Origin: Octopus vulgaris
Lineage: Eukaryota
Direction: 5' to 3'
NCBI GenBank assembly: GCA_951406725.2
Contig: OX597830.1
Location: 992,001 to 1,056,000 of the forward strand
DNA: 64,000 nt
The number at the start of each line of letters is the position of its first letter. Position 1 is the stretch's first letter. Position numbers and translations under genes: made by a program. The notes beneath the pieces were generated by a model, which ran no database searches, had not been told where the DNA came from, and saw only the letters and a program-made list of their open reading frames with translations. Below are positions 1 to 13,324 of the stretch, one piece after another.

Positions 1-850
1 TATGCTCTGAGAAAATCGTCGGCGTCTCCTTAACATTATGGATGAGCGCTGCATTATTTGTGAAGCAGAGCTACAGGATCTTTTTTTTACCCCTTGATGG
101 GTGGAGCACTATTTTCTCTATAAAGAGCAGGTGCCGGTAGTAGCAACAACTCCGACATATGTAAAGGTGTCAGGTGGTTATCCTGGGTCTTTTGTTGTTA
201 GAAGTGGTCTTGAGTGCAGGTACGTGTTTCTCAAACTCAATGTCTAATTGAGGCAAGTCAGCTGCCTTTCAACTTTCTGTGCCATCTCAAAGGAAAAAAC
301 CGCTACTCAGCAGCTACTGTTTACACTGCATGTACATTTTTTTTTCATTTTAGGAGCCATTCACATATTTCCAATGTAGCGACATCATGCTTTATGACCG
401 AGGTTTGTGTCCTTCTTAAAGTTTCTCTGGGCTTTCTTTATTCCAGAGCCATTCTCTTCGCAGCTTCTACTTCTTTTTGAAACGTCTGTGTTAGAGCCAT
501 GCCTTGTAATTTCTTGCAAGTCCTGATCTTTCAATCCTCCTCTCTCACTCTCCCGCTTGCTTCTCAGTAATGATAACATTGTATCAAACACAGAGTCATT
601 TGACAAACTCTTCCAAAGGCATCTCATTCAATTTCCTTTATATTATTGGGACAGCCTCACGTTGCATTCGCAGCTTCATTGTGTTCGTTAATTTGCGTCA
701 CACTTCTCCGAGATTTCTTGGGCTTAAACTCCATTCCAAACCATGTTGTCATGTGTTCAAGTGACGTCTTCAGCACCCATACCGCCATCACATGTGATGT
801 GGTTGTCACTCTAAGATCACGCATAAAACCCTTTACTGGATGTTGTTAGT
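1..850 (-). mobile_element. Heavily decayed, internally deleted RLE-type non-LTR retrotransposon (HERO/NeSL-like) RT relic
   Basis: Manual minus-strand translation gives PVKGFMRDLRVTTTSHVMAVWVLKT...MTTWFGMEFKPKKSR (cf. AFMDDLTVTT...W.RM.FKP.KSR), then PLEEF and KIRTCKK (cf. EEFK...RTGRKW), with many stops and frameshifts. Confidence 0.55.
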
Positions 851-2226
851 TGCTTGATTCCATTGTCACACCTTGGACTTATAAGGATCTTTATTTCCAT
901 GATGAAAACATTAAATTTTAATATATATATATATATATATATCTGTGTGTGTGTTATGTGGAGCTCTGTCTGAAACTGTATCTTTTCTGGAGGTTGTTCT
1001 AAACATCGTTTGTTTTTATGGAGAGAATGCGGCTCACTTCACTGTCAGTTAACCTTTTGTTACTTTGTTTAATCTAGCGCATGCGCATGCGTCTTCATAC
1101 TCACACATGCACACGCAAGAATGTCAGATATGGCAGTTCAAAGTCGCGGTTGTCTTTAAGAGATTCCCTGGTCAGTTGGTATGAAAAACGTCTTACAGCT
1201 ATCGTCAAAAGAAAAAAAAAGAGCAAAGGCTAGCTGTGCGCAGGATGGCGGGGGCTGCAGAAAGAGTCTTCTGTTGGTTATGGAGTAAAAAGGAGGAGTG
1301 AAGCTGGAAGCCAGGAGATGGTGAACAGTGATTTGGCCACTTTTGCTGATCAGTGAACAGAAAGATGTTACGGTTCAGGGTCGATGATAATCGGATGATC
1401 TTTGGGTAACGTCTAAGGACATCAAATCCTCCTGCCTGAAATATTCCATTCACCTTGGTGAATACAAAAGAAATCTCCTCTTTCAGGTGTTATCAATAAC
1501 GTAGAAAGATTTTAAAATTTAAATAAACTTCATAATTTCTCTGTGCATTTTCAAATTCATTTATTTCTTGTACATTACTACTTGCTTAAATGAGTAACCA
1601 CACACACACACACACACATTTGTTATTTAGTGTCTGTACTTCAGAGCTATATAATAACACTCATTAGATTATGGTTATTATCAGTATCTAATTAAACTAA
1701 TTCGCTTATGCTAACATATTGAAAAAATTAAATACAACGGATTAATACATCGGGTAGATTTTTTCTTCAAACAATTCTTCGAAAAATCTCCAGAATCTAC
1801 TTACTTCTTTTCCAAGATATATCAGAAGCCACAGAAATGGATAGAAGGAACATGCTCAGAATTCAAAATAAATAAATAGATAAATAGTATGCATTGCTAT
1901 TGGCGATAGAAATTTCAGTAAAATAGAATATCTTTTGTCTTCTTCGATGTTGAATGATGTTGAATATCGTAAGGGCCCAACATTATATGTAAGGGACATA
2001 ATATTTACTTTGCCAAATAGACCAGCTCTAACATACTCTGCGATTTGTCATTGTCATCATCACCGTCCCCACGATCAAATTTAAACAATACCACACTACG
2101 ATCAAAAGGTCACATGTCACCATGGTATTTGCTCATATCTCAGCCAATGATTGTAACAAGTGAAAGGATGAATGTCTGTATTTTTTGCCGTCACAACCGT
2201 CACCAGTGCGGAGCTTCTTTTTGGTA

Positions 2227-2287
<61 letters not shown>

Positions 2288-3409
2288 GCTTTATCACTGA
2301 CCACATTGGTCCTGTATGTTATTCTTTATTTTAGACGGTCAAATGTGATCTGAGGGAGAAGTATCTGCTAGTTCTTGCAAGTCCCATCTCTGGCCACAAG
2401 CTCCTTTATTGATTCACCACATGGTTAGTATTCTTCATTGGTACAATTCTAATATACATACTCCCCACTTTCTAGATGGTTCTTCTGTGCTAAGAATTAT
2501 CATCCAACATTTTTTGACTATTCCAAATAAGAACTTAATAAATCGTTAGAAAACATAATTGACCAAAAGAATTAGACAAATAATTATTATAAATTGTTCA
2601 AAGAAATGATTACACTGAAATAACTCTCAGTGCGCTTAATTAAAACTAGAAAAAATTAAACGATTAAAAAATTAATTAATTTCAATATTCTTAACTATTT
2701 GATAATGGAAAATATTTCAATAGAAAAACATTGAAAATATGATTTATTTTCTACTCTCTTTGAGTTTCCTACTTTTTACACACGCGTACACACGCGTACA
2801 CACGCGTACACACGCGTGCACACACACACACACATTTCAGTTTATTCCTTCTTCTCTGTCTGTGTTTCTCTAAATCTCTCAGTGACAACTAGCAAATATA
2901 TCAGATGACCTATGACCTTACTCTGCCGAGACAGACAACTATCTCTGATTGGTTCAGTCGTTCTAAATGCACAAAAATCCAACGCAGAATAAAATTTTCA
3001 CTTGTAATAAAGTAAGATAAAGGTTTCTAGAGGGATACGGAGTCTAATATCATTTTTTTAAATTTTGGGTTTAAAACATGACATGCATTACTGATAAAGC
3101 CATCGATAGAGGAAGTTTAAAACCATACGGCACATGATAAACGTTGTGTCCGAAATGTCTCGGCATTACTTCATGCAGAAATGATGAGTGGCAAGAAGGA
3201 CATCCGGCGATATTTCTTTCCATATATAGAAATATATACACATACATACACGCACACAACTATACATATCTACGCACATATAGACACACAAATAGACATG
3301 CATTTCGCACATAGCTATCCACCTTTCTGTCTATCTATTTGTCTGTACATACATACACATATATATATATATACATTTTCACACACATATACCCTCTTCC
3401 TCTGAATGA

Positions 3410-4155
3410 GCGCAGAGTGTATGGTGCTCGTAAGCAAACAGCTATGCTACACGGCAGTGAAACATGGGCTGTGACCGCTGAAGTTTGAGAGAAATGAAGC
3501 TACTACACTTCGCTGAATGCTCAATAGCAGTGTGTTGGTAGGACAGCTGTGTGGGAAGTGCCGATGTCTAATTGGAAGGAACTTTTGGAAGAGGTAGATC
3601 CAAGCAGACATGGGATGGGATGGTGAAGCCTGATTTCTGACCATTGGGCATCATGAAGGTTATGACATGTGACCGAGATCTCTGACAATAGGCTGTGCTC
3701 GACAAAACTCGTCAAGCCAAGTGAAATTGCAGTCGTGGCTAATAACAGTGTCGTATGGATGACACTTGTGAAATCGGAATCGTGGTCGTTGCCAGTAGCA
3801 CGTCCTTCAAATGTTGGGCCTCACTGAGGTGAGGACAAGTGACCGAGACCTTTGGCGATATGCTGTGCTTGAGAAGACTCATCAAGCCAAGTGAAATCGT
3901 AGTTGTGGCTTATTCCGGCGTCGCGTAACTGGCACTCGTTCCGGTGGCACATAAAATCACTCATGCCGGTGGAATGTAACAATCTCCCATTACAACTTTG
4001 GAGTGGTTGGCGTTAGGAACGGCATCCAGCCATAGAAACAACTCTAGATCACACTGGAACTTGGTGCAGCTCTCCAAGTTATCAGTTCCAGCCAAATCGT
4101 CTAATCCGTGCCAGCATGGAAAGCAGACACTAAATGGTGATGATGATGGAGGTAA
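3410..4155 (+). mobile_element. 3' fragment of an RTE-group LINE with 3' UTR and (GAT)n tail
   Basis: MLHGSETWAV / ERNEATTLR*M / GRGRSKQTW...DRDL resemble the RTE RT C-terminus; ends in ccagcatggaaagcagacactaaatggtgatgatgat. Confidence 0.7.
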
Positions 4156-4176
4156 TGATGAAGATCATCATAATGA

Positions 4177-4251
<75 letters not shown>

Positions 4252-6032
4252 CTGAGAGAGGGGGTTGAGAGAGGGGCTGAGAGACAGAGAGAGTGAGAGA
4301 GAGAAAGAGGGTGAGAGAGAGAGAGATACACATATATTTTCTCTTTATACTTTTCAGAAACATACTATTTAAGGTCCTATAATCTACAGGGCATGAGTCG
4401 AGGTAAATCTGACCCGAAGTCCTTCTAGTTCGCATTAACTTGATGAGGCTTCATTTTTGGCCCCCGAAGTATCAAAAATGTTGCGAAAACACTTTCGTGC
4501 GAACGTTGATCAACAGGCAGTGGTGCATAGAGGAAACATTGCCCCATAAACAAAACTAGAATCAAATGATGAACCTTCTGAAAGCACAATGCAGATTTTG
4601 TGCCTGTTAGAACAAGCAGACGTATCTCCTTCAAGTTATATGCCAACGATTTGAAATTCAAAGGACAAAGTACATATGATAAATCCAGACATTGACAAAG
4701 TGGTCATGGCTGGAAGTCATTGACTATACATCTTGTAAATCAATAAATGTCAGAGAAATATTATAAAAGCGTTTTAGAATTAGAATTAAAAAATAGATAA
4801 AGCTTCAACACAACCCTTCAGACCGTAATTCTTGGAAATAACTTCCAAAATGAAATATCTATAATTCTGTCGAGATTTGCTGTATTAATGAAAACCTAGG
4901 CAGTAGAACTAGGGCGGAGATTTCGCCAATGGATATTTTGTTAGCTGATATATAAAGTTAATACAAAGTAATTTAGTAAAGTTAATTGACAACTCAGCTT
5001 CGTATTCATCTAACAGTATTTAATCTTGAAAAAATTATGCAAAAATGGATTCGACGAAAATCCTGCCATCGTTCAGCCCAGGCTGAGGGCAATACACTGA
5101 TTCAGCTTTAAGGCCAAGCACATTGTACGGGTGAAGAATGTCGACCATCATTCCTTTAAATATCGACTACAATATTAGACCAGTTTGTCAATTGTGGCGG
5201 GAGGAGAATCAGTTCTGAACTAAGCAGAATATGAACTAACTACATATAGAGTTGTAACTAAATACCGTAGAGTAGTTTGTCTGGAGCGACAACGACTTTA
5301 CATGAATACACACAAGCGTACAAACGCATGCACAATGCATACACACACGAATATATCCAGACACTCGAAAACGCACAAAATCAGTGATTCTGTCAACGGA
5401 GAAATAAATTTTCTAGTTGATGCGGTAAAAAGAGTAAATAATGATGTGGTACACCAGCCATGCAGTTCTCTGGTGCAACCAAACAAAGATGTTGGTTATA
5501 AAGTTGAAAAAGAAAACATGTTTAGGAAGTTTACAAACTATTTAAAGAAAAGCCACCAGAAAAACGTAACCAAAACAAATGAATACAACATGGAATAGTT
5601 ATGAAAATGGTTTTGATATGCAACCCAATTATTATATTCTAGTTTCTCCACAAATAGCTTAGAATCAACAAACGGTGACTTCATCTCGTCAGTGAAGCCA
5701 ATTACACTTTAATCGATGCAACGTTTTTAAATAAACCAATCAACTTAATAGAGCTCGGCTTCTCAGTTTAAGTGAATTTATCACAAAATTGCTTAAATCC
5801 GCAGCAGCTGATTATTAAGTGAATCATGTCAAACAACGATATAATTAGCTTAGCTTCATTTAGCACGCTTGCTCGCATCAACTCCGTGCTATTTTCAATG
5901 AGTTCATTCAATATTGGAAGCGAATGTTCATTAAGTTAGAAATCCAACAACAGTAAGTCAATATAAATAAATGTACTCTACTTTTGTTTGAAATATCTGA
6001 GGACATTATACTGATAGCTCTTATTTCCTCCA

Positions 6033-6099
<67 letters not shown>

Positions 6100-6293
6100 T
6101 ACGCTAAAGACACAGACACATTCAAATATGCATACGCACGCAAGTATATTTTATCAAAGTTCGTACTCTGAGTCGTAGCCCAGGCCCTGCTGCTCACCAC
6201 AGCTTATTCAGCCCAATTTGTTGGATAACTACTAAAGTATTCGCAAAGTAAATTATATATCCATATTCGTTACAATAATATCATTAAGAGCGG

Positions 6294-6430
6294 TGTAGGC
6301 ATGGATGTGGGGTAAGAAGGCTGGTTCGCAACCACATGGTTTTGGGTTCAGTCTGACTGCGAGACAGCTTGGGTAAGTGCCTCCTTCTATAGCTTTGGGC
6401 TGACAAAAGCCTTGTGAGTGAATTTGGTTG
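6294..6430 (+). mobile_element. tRNA-derived SINE family A, 5' part (CORE-like)
   Basis: A/B-box-like head (gtggggtaagaag...gggttcagtc) followed by cttgggtaagtgcctccttctatagc; similar to the copies at 27045 and 32850. Confidence 0.65.
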
Positions 6431-6733
6431 AATTATGAGGGAATTTGGATTTTTACAACAGTCGGGAAAAACTGCTCATCGATGATCGTCATCAAACCCA
6501 ATTCAAAGTAATAACGGAGGAGAATTCCCATGCGAACAATATCATGCTTATACACGCTGAAGAGATCGTAATAATAATGCACATATCTTTGCGTATAAAT
6601 ATGCAATAATATACAATTAATGCGATCGAAACATGTGTCTGTCAATTATTATAAATAAAACAACCATAATTAAATATTAAGTCTGAATGCGCAGTTTCTT
6701 CGTGCTACTTATTATCAATATATATATATATAT

Positions 6734-7311
6734 AAGAGAGTAACCACTATGTGGTCGACTCTAGCACTAAAAATAGATCAGCTAGGTTTCAGCCACAAAG
6801 AATTGTTTCCGATGAAATTTAGCACGACTACTAGCACAAATGAACAGGGCAAATAAAAATAACAAAATGCAGATTAGTTCTGAACAATTGTTTCGCTATT
6901 ACTAAATTATCTAATTTTACTCACATAACATATCTGTAGCTCTTCAGCCGAACCCGTCCAGAATACAATTTACTCAACCGCACGCTAGATTTTACCATAA
7001 CGATAAACACATGTGCGGTTCAGTCGATTGCATTCGCTGTTATAATTCAAGTGCCCCTGCCACAGCCCGCCAAAATTCACGGAAACAGATATTACATCCA
7101 AAATTAAATGTAGTATAATTGCAATCAACTAATAAGGGTGAGAAAATTGGATACTAATTTAATAGTACATCCATTTAACACCAAGTGGCTTAGTGCATCA
7201 AAACCAGGAATACAATGAATTTTATACATAAATATAAGAGAGTAACCACTATGTGGTCGACTCTAGCACTAAAAATAGATCCGCTAGGTTTCAGCCACAA
7301 AGAATTGTTTC

Positions 7312-7315
<4 letters not shown>
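6734..7315 (-). mobile_element. Non-coding HHR-containing element: 502-bp unit with an 80-bp terminal direct repeat (retrozyme/pLTR-like), inside (TA)n
   Basis: 6734-6813 matches 7236-7315 with 1 mismatch; HHR at 6877-6953; TA tracts on both sides. Confidence 0.75.
6877..6953 (-). ncRNA. Type I hammerhead ribozyme motif
   Basis: Minus strand reads GTTCGG-CTGAAGA-GCTA..(long loop)..TAGC-GAAA-CAATTG-TT-CAGAAC. Confidence 0.75.
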
Positions 7316-7347
<32 letters not shown>

Positions 7348-7438
7348 TACTATAATATAGGATGAAGTTTTTTTACAGAAAAAAAATTCAACAAAAAAGT
7401 GGCAGCATATTAAAATACCTTTAAGATTAAAATTTTAA

Positions 7439-7595
7439 ACAACTTATAAACAAGGGCAAAAGAAAATTATTTCTATGCCAATATGCTGTTAACAGACTTT
7501 TAAATCGTGTAGTGGGTATATAAGTGGAAACTGACGATTTAAAAGTCTGTTATCAGCATATTGGCATAGAAATTTGCCCTTGCTTTATAAGTTGT
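7439..7595. repeat. Foldback (inverted repeat) with ~60-70 bp arms and a ~25-nt loop
   Basis: acaacttataaa.caagggcaaa...tttctatgccaatatgctg.taacagacttttaaatcgt is mirrored by acgatttaaaagtctgtta.cagcatattggcatagaaa...ttgcccttg.tttataagttgt. Confidence 0.85.
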
Positions 7596-7781
7596 ATATA
7601 TATATATATATATATATATAGGTGAGAAAGTTGGTGTGGGAAAGCACGTGATTGGATGTATAAAAAATAGAAAAGAGTGAAAAAAACTACAGAAGGCTTG
7701 TTTTATAAGGTTAAAGAATATATTTAAGTCGTTATGTGAGAAAAATGTTATAAAATTGTGTGTATAGTAACATAGTTTTTG

Positions 7782-7820
7782 GAGAAATAACCGGTTTCGT
7801 GTAAACTTTTCAAATTTCTC
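7782..7820 (-). ncRNA. Minimal type I hammerhead, U3-A8 core variant
   Basis: Minus strand reads GAGAAAT-TTGAAAA-GT(TTAC)AC-GAAA-CCGG-TT-ATTTCTC; perfect 7-bp stem I. Confidence 0.75.
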
Positions 7821-7948
7821 AAATTTCTTTACCTACATCGTGTCATGTCTTCGTTATGAAGTGCAAGGAAGAGTTCCAGGTAGGGGGAGGTAATAAGGGA
7901 TTTCTTTCGGTATAAGGGAGATAATCGCTTTGTATTTTTTCCCTTTTT

Positions 7949-8410
7949 TTAATGAGATGAGTTTCTCTGTATAAGAATGTTAGGATGGTTAAGTTCAGGC
8001 TTATATTTTTCAATGAAGAATGTTTCCTTGTTTAATCTAATTTGTGTTGGTGTTCCAATAGCACATTGATAGAATGGAAAGATAAAAAATTGTGGTAGTA
8101 GTTGCTTTGCGCATTTCTCAATATGCTCACTAAATGGTATCATTCTGTATTTTGGTAATGCAATCTGTTGAAGATGCAGTGTGCATCTGCGTCTGACTGA
8201 TAATCCCGTGGACCCTACGTAGTATTGGTGGTAGCCCGAGCATCTTATGACATAAATTATGTTTACAGAAGCACAAGTAAAATTAGATCTGATCTTGAAT
8301 TTTTGTCCCTCTTTGAAGAGGAATTCTGATCTTTCTAGAAGGTTTGGGCATGTTGCGCAGTTTGGTCTATTACATTTTTCTACTTTTGCATCCGTAATTT
8401 CAGAAGACAA
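7949..8410 (-). pseudogene. PLE Zn-finger + GIY-YIG endonuclease domain
   Basis: ORF 7949..8410: CNRPNCATC, NIIYVIRC..YYVGST, R, H, E, LN. Confidence 0.9.
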
Positions 8411-8485
8411 TTTTGCCTTTGTGAGAATCTGTTTAAGTGATTTAGGTTGTTTGAAGATTTTAATGATTTTATGTATGTTTAGAAT

Positions 8486-9572
8486 TTACTTTAATTTGGG
8501 GTCCGTATGAAGTATTGGTAAAAATTCTGGGTGATGATGGTGAAGGTTTCTTTGTTTTTGCGGTTGTATGTAGATATGTAAGGCAGTATTTTCGGGGAAG
8601 GTGTGTTGAACTTTTCTCAAAGTTTCTATGTCGATTTCTGTTGCACGTCTGATCCCATCCTCTATGAGTTGAACTGGGTAGTGTCTGTTAATTAGGGTGA
8701 TTTTGAATTCTTGCAGTCTAAAGTTCCTGGTATTTTGTTCTGACACTATCCTTCTTGCAAGGTTGAAGGGGATGTTTGTTTTAGTGTGTCTTGGGTGGCA
8801 TGAATCAAAAAGTAGGTATTGTTTGGCGTCTGTGGCTTTGTAAAAAAATGTCTGTTTCTATTTTAAGGTTAATGTTTTTAATTAGTATATCTAAGAATGG
8901 AAGCTCCTTTTGGTTGTACTCCATTGTGAACTGTATATTTGGGTTGATGTTGTTCAATATGTTTTTGAATTTTAGGAGTTTATCTGTGTTTTCACTCCAG
9001 AGTATAAAACAGTCGTCCAGGAATCTTTTCCAATTCTCTTTTATGTATTGAGAAAGGGGGTTTCCAAAGGTCGATAAAGATTCCTGGTATATAATTATTT
9101 CCAGGTAGTCCATTGTTAGGTTCGCAATGACTGGTGCTGCCCTTGTACCCATAGCAACTCCGGATTTTTGACGGTAAAACGTATTGTCAAACATGAAGTA
9201 GTTATTTTGTAGGATGAATTCAACCGATTTAGTAATGAATTCTTTACTGATCCTTTTTGGTATTTCTTCCGGAAATTGGTATTGCCTTTAGTCCATAATT
9301 ATGAAGATTACTGGTATATAAATAAACTACATCAAATGAAACCATGATTGTTTCTTCCTTGACTTTTTTTGGAAGGTGGTTTAACATATCTAAGTCATCT
9401 CTGTTATGACTATCGATGTGTTTAAGGAAGGGTTTCAGGAGGATATCCATAAATAGACTTAATCTATGTGTTTCACAGGCTGGGCCAGCTACAATGGGTC
9501 GTAGTTTTAGGTCCCCCGGGTTAGGTGTGTGTATGTATGTATTTGGTGATGTTCCTGGCTTTTGGAATTTGG
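8486..9572 (-). pseudogene. PLE reverse transcriptase (several frameshifts)
   Basis: ORF pieces 9244-9450, 8805-9194 and 8486-8746 align to the RT of 56030-57775. Confidence 0.9.
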
Positions 9573-9583
9573 ACGCATCAGGT

Positions 9584-10290
9584 ATGACCCGATTGTCAGC
9601 AGCACAGACAGAACAAGCTATCGGCCTATCGCAAGCAGGGCAGCGTGCCCCGTTTGTTGCGAAAGCTTATAATGTCCATATCAGCACCATCTATCACCTG
9701 CAACAGAGATACAACAACACTAACAGTACTGTAGACTGCGCCCGCAGAGGGCGCCCCCGGGTGACCACGCCTAGTCATGACCACTTCATCCAACTGCAAC
9801 CGACCGGTCAGTGTGACAGCTCGCGAGACCATTGGTACTGGACAGCGACGACACGGTACGACGTCGACTGTCCGGCAACAACCTGCGCAGCCGTCGTCCT
9901 GAACGAGTGCCTGTCCTCACCGCCTGCCACCGTCAGGCACGACTACAGTGAGATACACAGCACCGATATTGACGGCATCAACGACGGAGATCGATAGTCT
10001 TCTCTGACCAGAGTCGATACTGCATTTTCACCTCGGATGGCAGAGTTAGAGTGTGACGTAGGCGGGGCGAATGCTACAGGGACCTATGTATCACAGAGAG
10101 AGGTGATGGACTAAGCATCATGGTTTGGGGTGCTGTAGGCCTCAATCAGAGAGGTGGGTCATATGTGTTCCAAAAAGGTTGGTGCAGGTTGAGGGAATGG
10201 CATCAGGGTATAGGCACAGGTACCAATGGTTTTTGTATCCTGCGTCATGCATCTGGGCCAAATCACTAGCCCTGATTGGAATGTCGGAGT
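9584..10290 (+). mobile_element. Decayed Tc1/mariner transposase
   Basis: MTRLSAAQTEQAIGLSQAG...VAKAYNVHISTI...RRGRPRVTT (paired HTH + GRPR), then VFSDQSRY...DGRVRV*RRRGE...IMVWGA. Confidence 0.85.
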
Positions 10291-10899
10291 AAATGAGTTT
10301 GTCCTTGCGGGCCCAAAAGTTCTTATCAAACTTGATAACGGATTGAGAGGCCGCTAGAATACTGTTCCCAGCCCTCCTAGAACGGTCAGAAGTTTTATAG
10401 AAAATTAGGGCCTTATCAAGCAGAATAAATGAGACACTAGAACAGTACTGATATCAATTGCATCACGAGATTCAGCTGGCTAAGAAGCATATGCAACATG
10501 CATTTTACCTGTTTCCCTCCTCAATTTGGATTTTTATTCGCAATTTTAGCAACTTACACCTGCTAACTGCGAGCTGTACAGTTGATCAAATTTTCTCGAT
10601 ATAGAAACAGTCAGTAACTCTCAATGTCAATAAAATATCATTGTATCTTATAGTATACTGCAAGGTTTTTGTCCTCTAAACCTGCGACTCATTCATAAAA
10701 GCTTACCGACTTCCTACATTCGGATACTAAATCCTATATATATGTATATGTGTACGTGCGTGCGTTCGTGAGATCTGTACAAATCATATGTTCATATAGA
10801 AAAGATGTAAGTGAAAATACCACGGAAGTAAATCTAAGACATTTCATTTTAGAAAGAATTTAATAGAATGATTTTTAAAATTATATAAATTAAATATAG

Positions 10900-10937
10900 A
10901 ATATTACGGGTTTCGATTATGAATCTCATCAAATATT
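10900..10937 (-). ncRNA. Minimal hammerhead motif, slightly decayed
   Basis: Minus strand reads AATAT-TTGATGA-GATT(CAT)AATC-GAAA-CCCG-TA-ATATT. Confidence 0.6.
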
Positions 10938-11957
10938 AGTAAACACTTATAAAAGTTTCAAGTAAAAACAGTTTATCTTCTGTTTGGGGGTCAAAAACAT
11001 GTCTGGAGATTTATAGATTGGTAAATATAGTTCAAGATGTTAGAGAGGGGTATAGTTGTCTGTTGTTTAAAAAATAGCGCTGTGGGTTCTTGAAAAGGGA
11101 ATCGATTAATAGCGATTATTGAACGTGTTTTGTATGTGTGTGTGTGTACTGTGTTGAATGTCCTTTCAATATGTTTGGAATGAGACCAGCTGTGTGTTAA
11201 TGGGTGTGTATGTTGTGATGTCTTGTTAAAGAAAAAGTTTGGATTTTCCTTCTTTGGGTTTGATGTTTTCTTTTGAGTGTCTCGATGCGTGTATATGTGT
11301 GCATGTGTGTATACGTATGTGGATTTTTCGCGACATTTTTTGTGTATGTATACACATACACACGTGTGTGAGTATGTATGTGTATATATATATATCTGTC
11401 GCTTTTTACTATATGTATATACTTGCATACATAATTTACATGCACATACGTCTATATTTCCACCTGCAAAATATTTACACCAGGGATATTGTGTTCCTCG
11501 GCAGCAGAAACAGGGTTCCTGAGTGGTTTCTAGTATTCTTAAATTTTCAATAAAGGAACGTTACCCACCTTGAGCTTCCAGAGAGGCGAATAACATTAGG
11601 TTATTCATATATGAACTCAGACGCAGCCAATATTGCCCTAAGAAACTGCCTCAGAGAATAGTGAAATGGTGGCTCTTATTAACCAAAGTTATCTGGCAGA
11701 TTTACCGTCATAAGTTTATCTGAAAAGTTATATATTGCAACATCTTTGAAATAACAAATATCTATTAAGGTTTCTTGGCTAGGATAATAAGCAGTAGTTA
11801 AATAAAGAATTCAATACAAAACTCGAATGTAATTGAGTATATCACATCATTTTAAACAGAATAAAAGAAACTAACTTGTGTTCGTACTTGCGAGGTTTCA
11901 GTGTAATAAAGTCTGAAGAGTCATAGAAGAAATTTTCATTCATTTATTCGAACATAA

Positions 11958-12005
<48 letters not shown>

Positions 12006-12902
12006 ACACACACGCATATACACACAAACTTATAACCATACATGAATGTACGTGTGTGAGTATGTGTGTATGTATAGATTTGGTTAACTGACTCCAATTT
12101 AAAGTTTATAAGATTGAGTATAGACTATCGATGGCGAAACGAAAGCTAAGTGGATGAAGACATTTACCTGAAACTATCTTAGTACAAGTGCCATATCATG
12201 AGAGCATTCGATCAAATAATGGAAGTAAAAAGTATTCTTCAGATGACGAGAATAAGCAGTTGAATTATGTTATGTGTACATGGCTAGGGATATTTAGAGA
12301 GCTACGTTAGTATCCGTTTGGATGTGTGTGGTTAGATGTTTATTGTATTAAACGTCTCTGTGTGCTTGCCATTATATATATATATATATATATTTATATG
12401 CACAAAAGTGTGTATACACACATGCACACACATGTACACCTACTTCCCCATATATATTTGTATGTGTGTGTATGTATGTATATATATAATTGTACATATG
12501 TATGTATCTATGTATTTAACTGTATACACACACATACACATACACACACATATGTATATGTGTGTCCTACATTAAAAATACATGGTGCTAATTATGGACA
12601 TGAATGTATTATGAGCGTGCATAAGTAATGAAACGGGAGTTTTCAGTCTTCGAATTTCTCATCTACAAGATAAAAATAGATACCAGTGAGTGTAACAGGG
12701 AAACTAGAGTACTTCCTCCTGCAAAACTGACAATATTCAGAATATAAAATTGCCCGAGTGTTGTAGGACAATGATCGACAGACACCAAAACGTACCTGGT
12801 TCAATGATTTTTACTTGCATCGACTTGAATGCTAGCATCAGACAGTATGTGAACACACTGACATACACATGTAGACACAAAGCACGTAATAAGATGTTTG
12901 CA

Positions 12903-12961
<59 letters not shown>

Positions 12962-13324
12962 CTATGTGTAACGGATCAGTATTAGAATCAGAGTTGTGAA
13001 ATGATGACAAATTCGAAAACTGCCGATGAGGAAGCCTCTAAGTGGTTCAACGTCTCGCCAGATTCTTCAGGTATTAACCCTTAAAATATAACATACAGTC
13101 GATATAAGCAGACAATTGTAAGTGCAGAAACAAAAAAAAAAAATGAAAAACCGCCAAACTTGCCAAATTTTGTAAGTAATCATAATATTCCGGTTCACTT
13201 CTTACAGAGATATTCATTGTAATAAACACGTATAGTTGTTGGCATCCAGGATAGGTATCGTATTTAAAAAAAAGTTTAATTTAGCTTGCGTGTATGATAA
13301 TTTTAGCACGCTGGGCGAAATTAA

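Larger units (their letters stand above)
7621..9572 (-). mobile_element. 5'-truncated, frameshifted Neptune-type Penelope-like element with 3' HHR
   Basis: RT motifs LRPIVAGP, SFDVVYLYT, GVAMGT, RFLDD, LPFLDI; Zn-finger KCNRPNCATC; GIY-YIG IIYVIRC...YVG; homologous to 56030-58305; 3' end abuts (TA)n. Confidence 0.93.
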
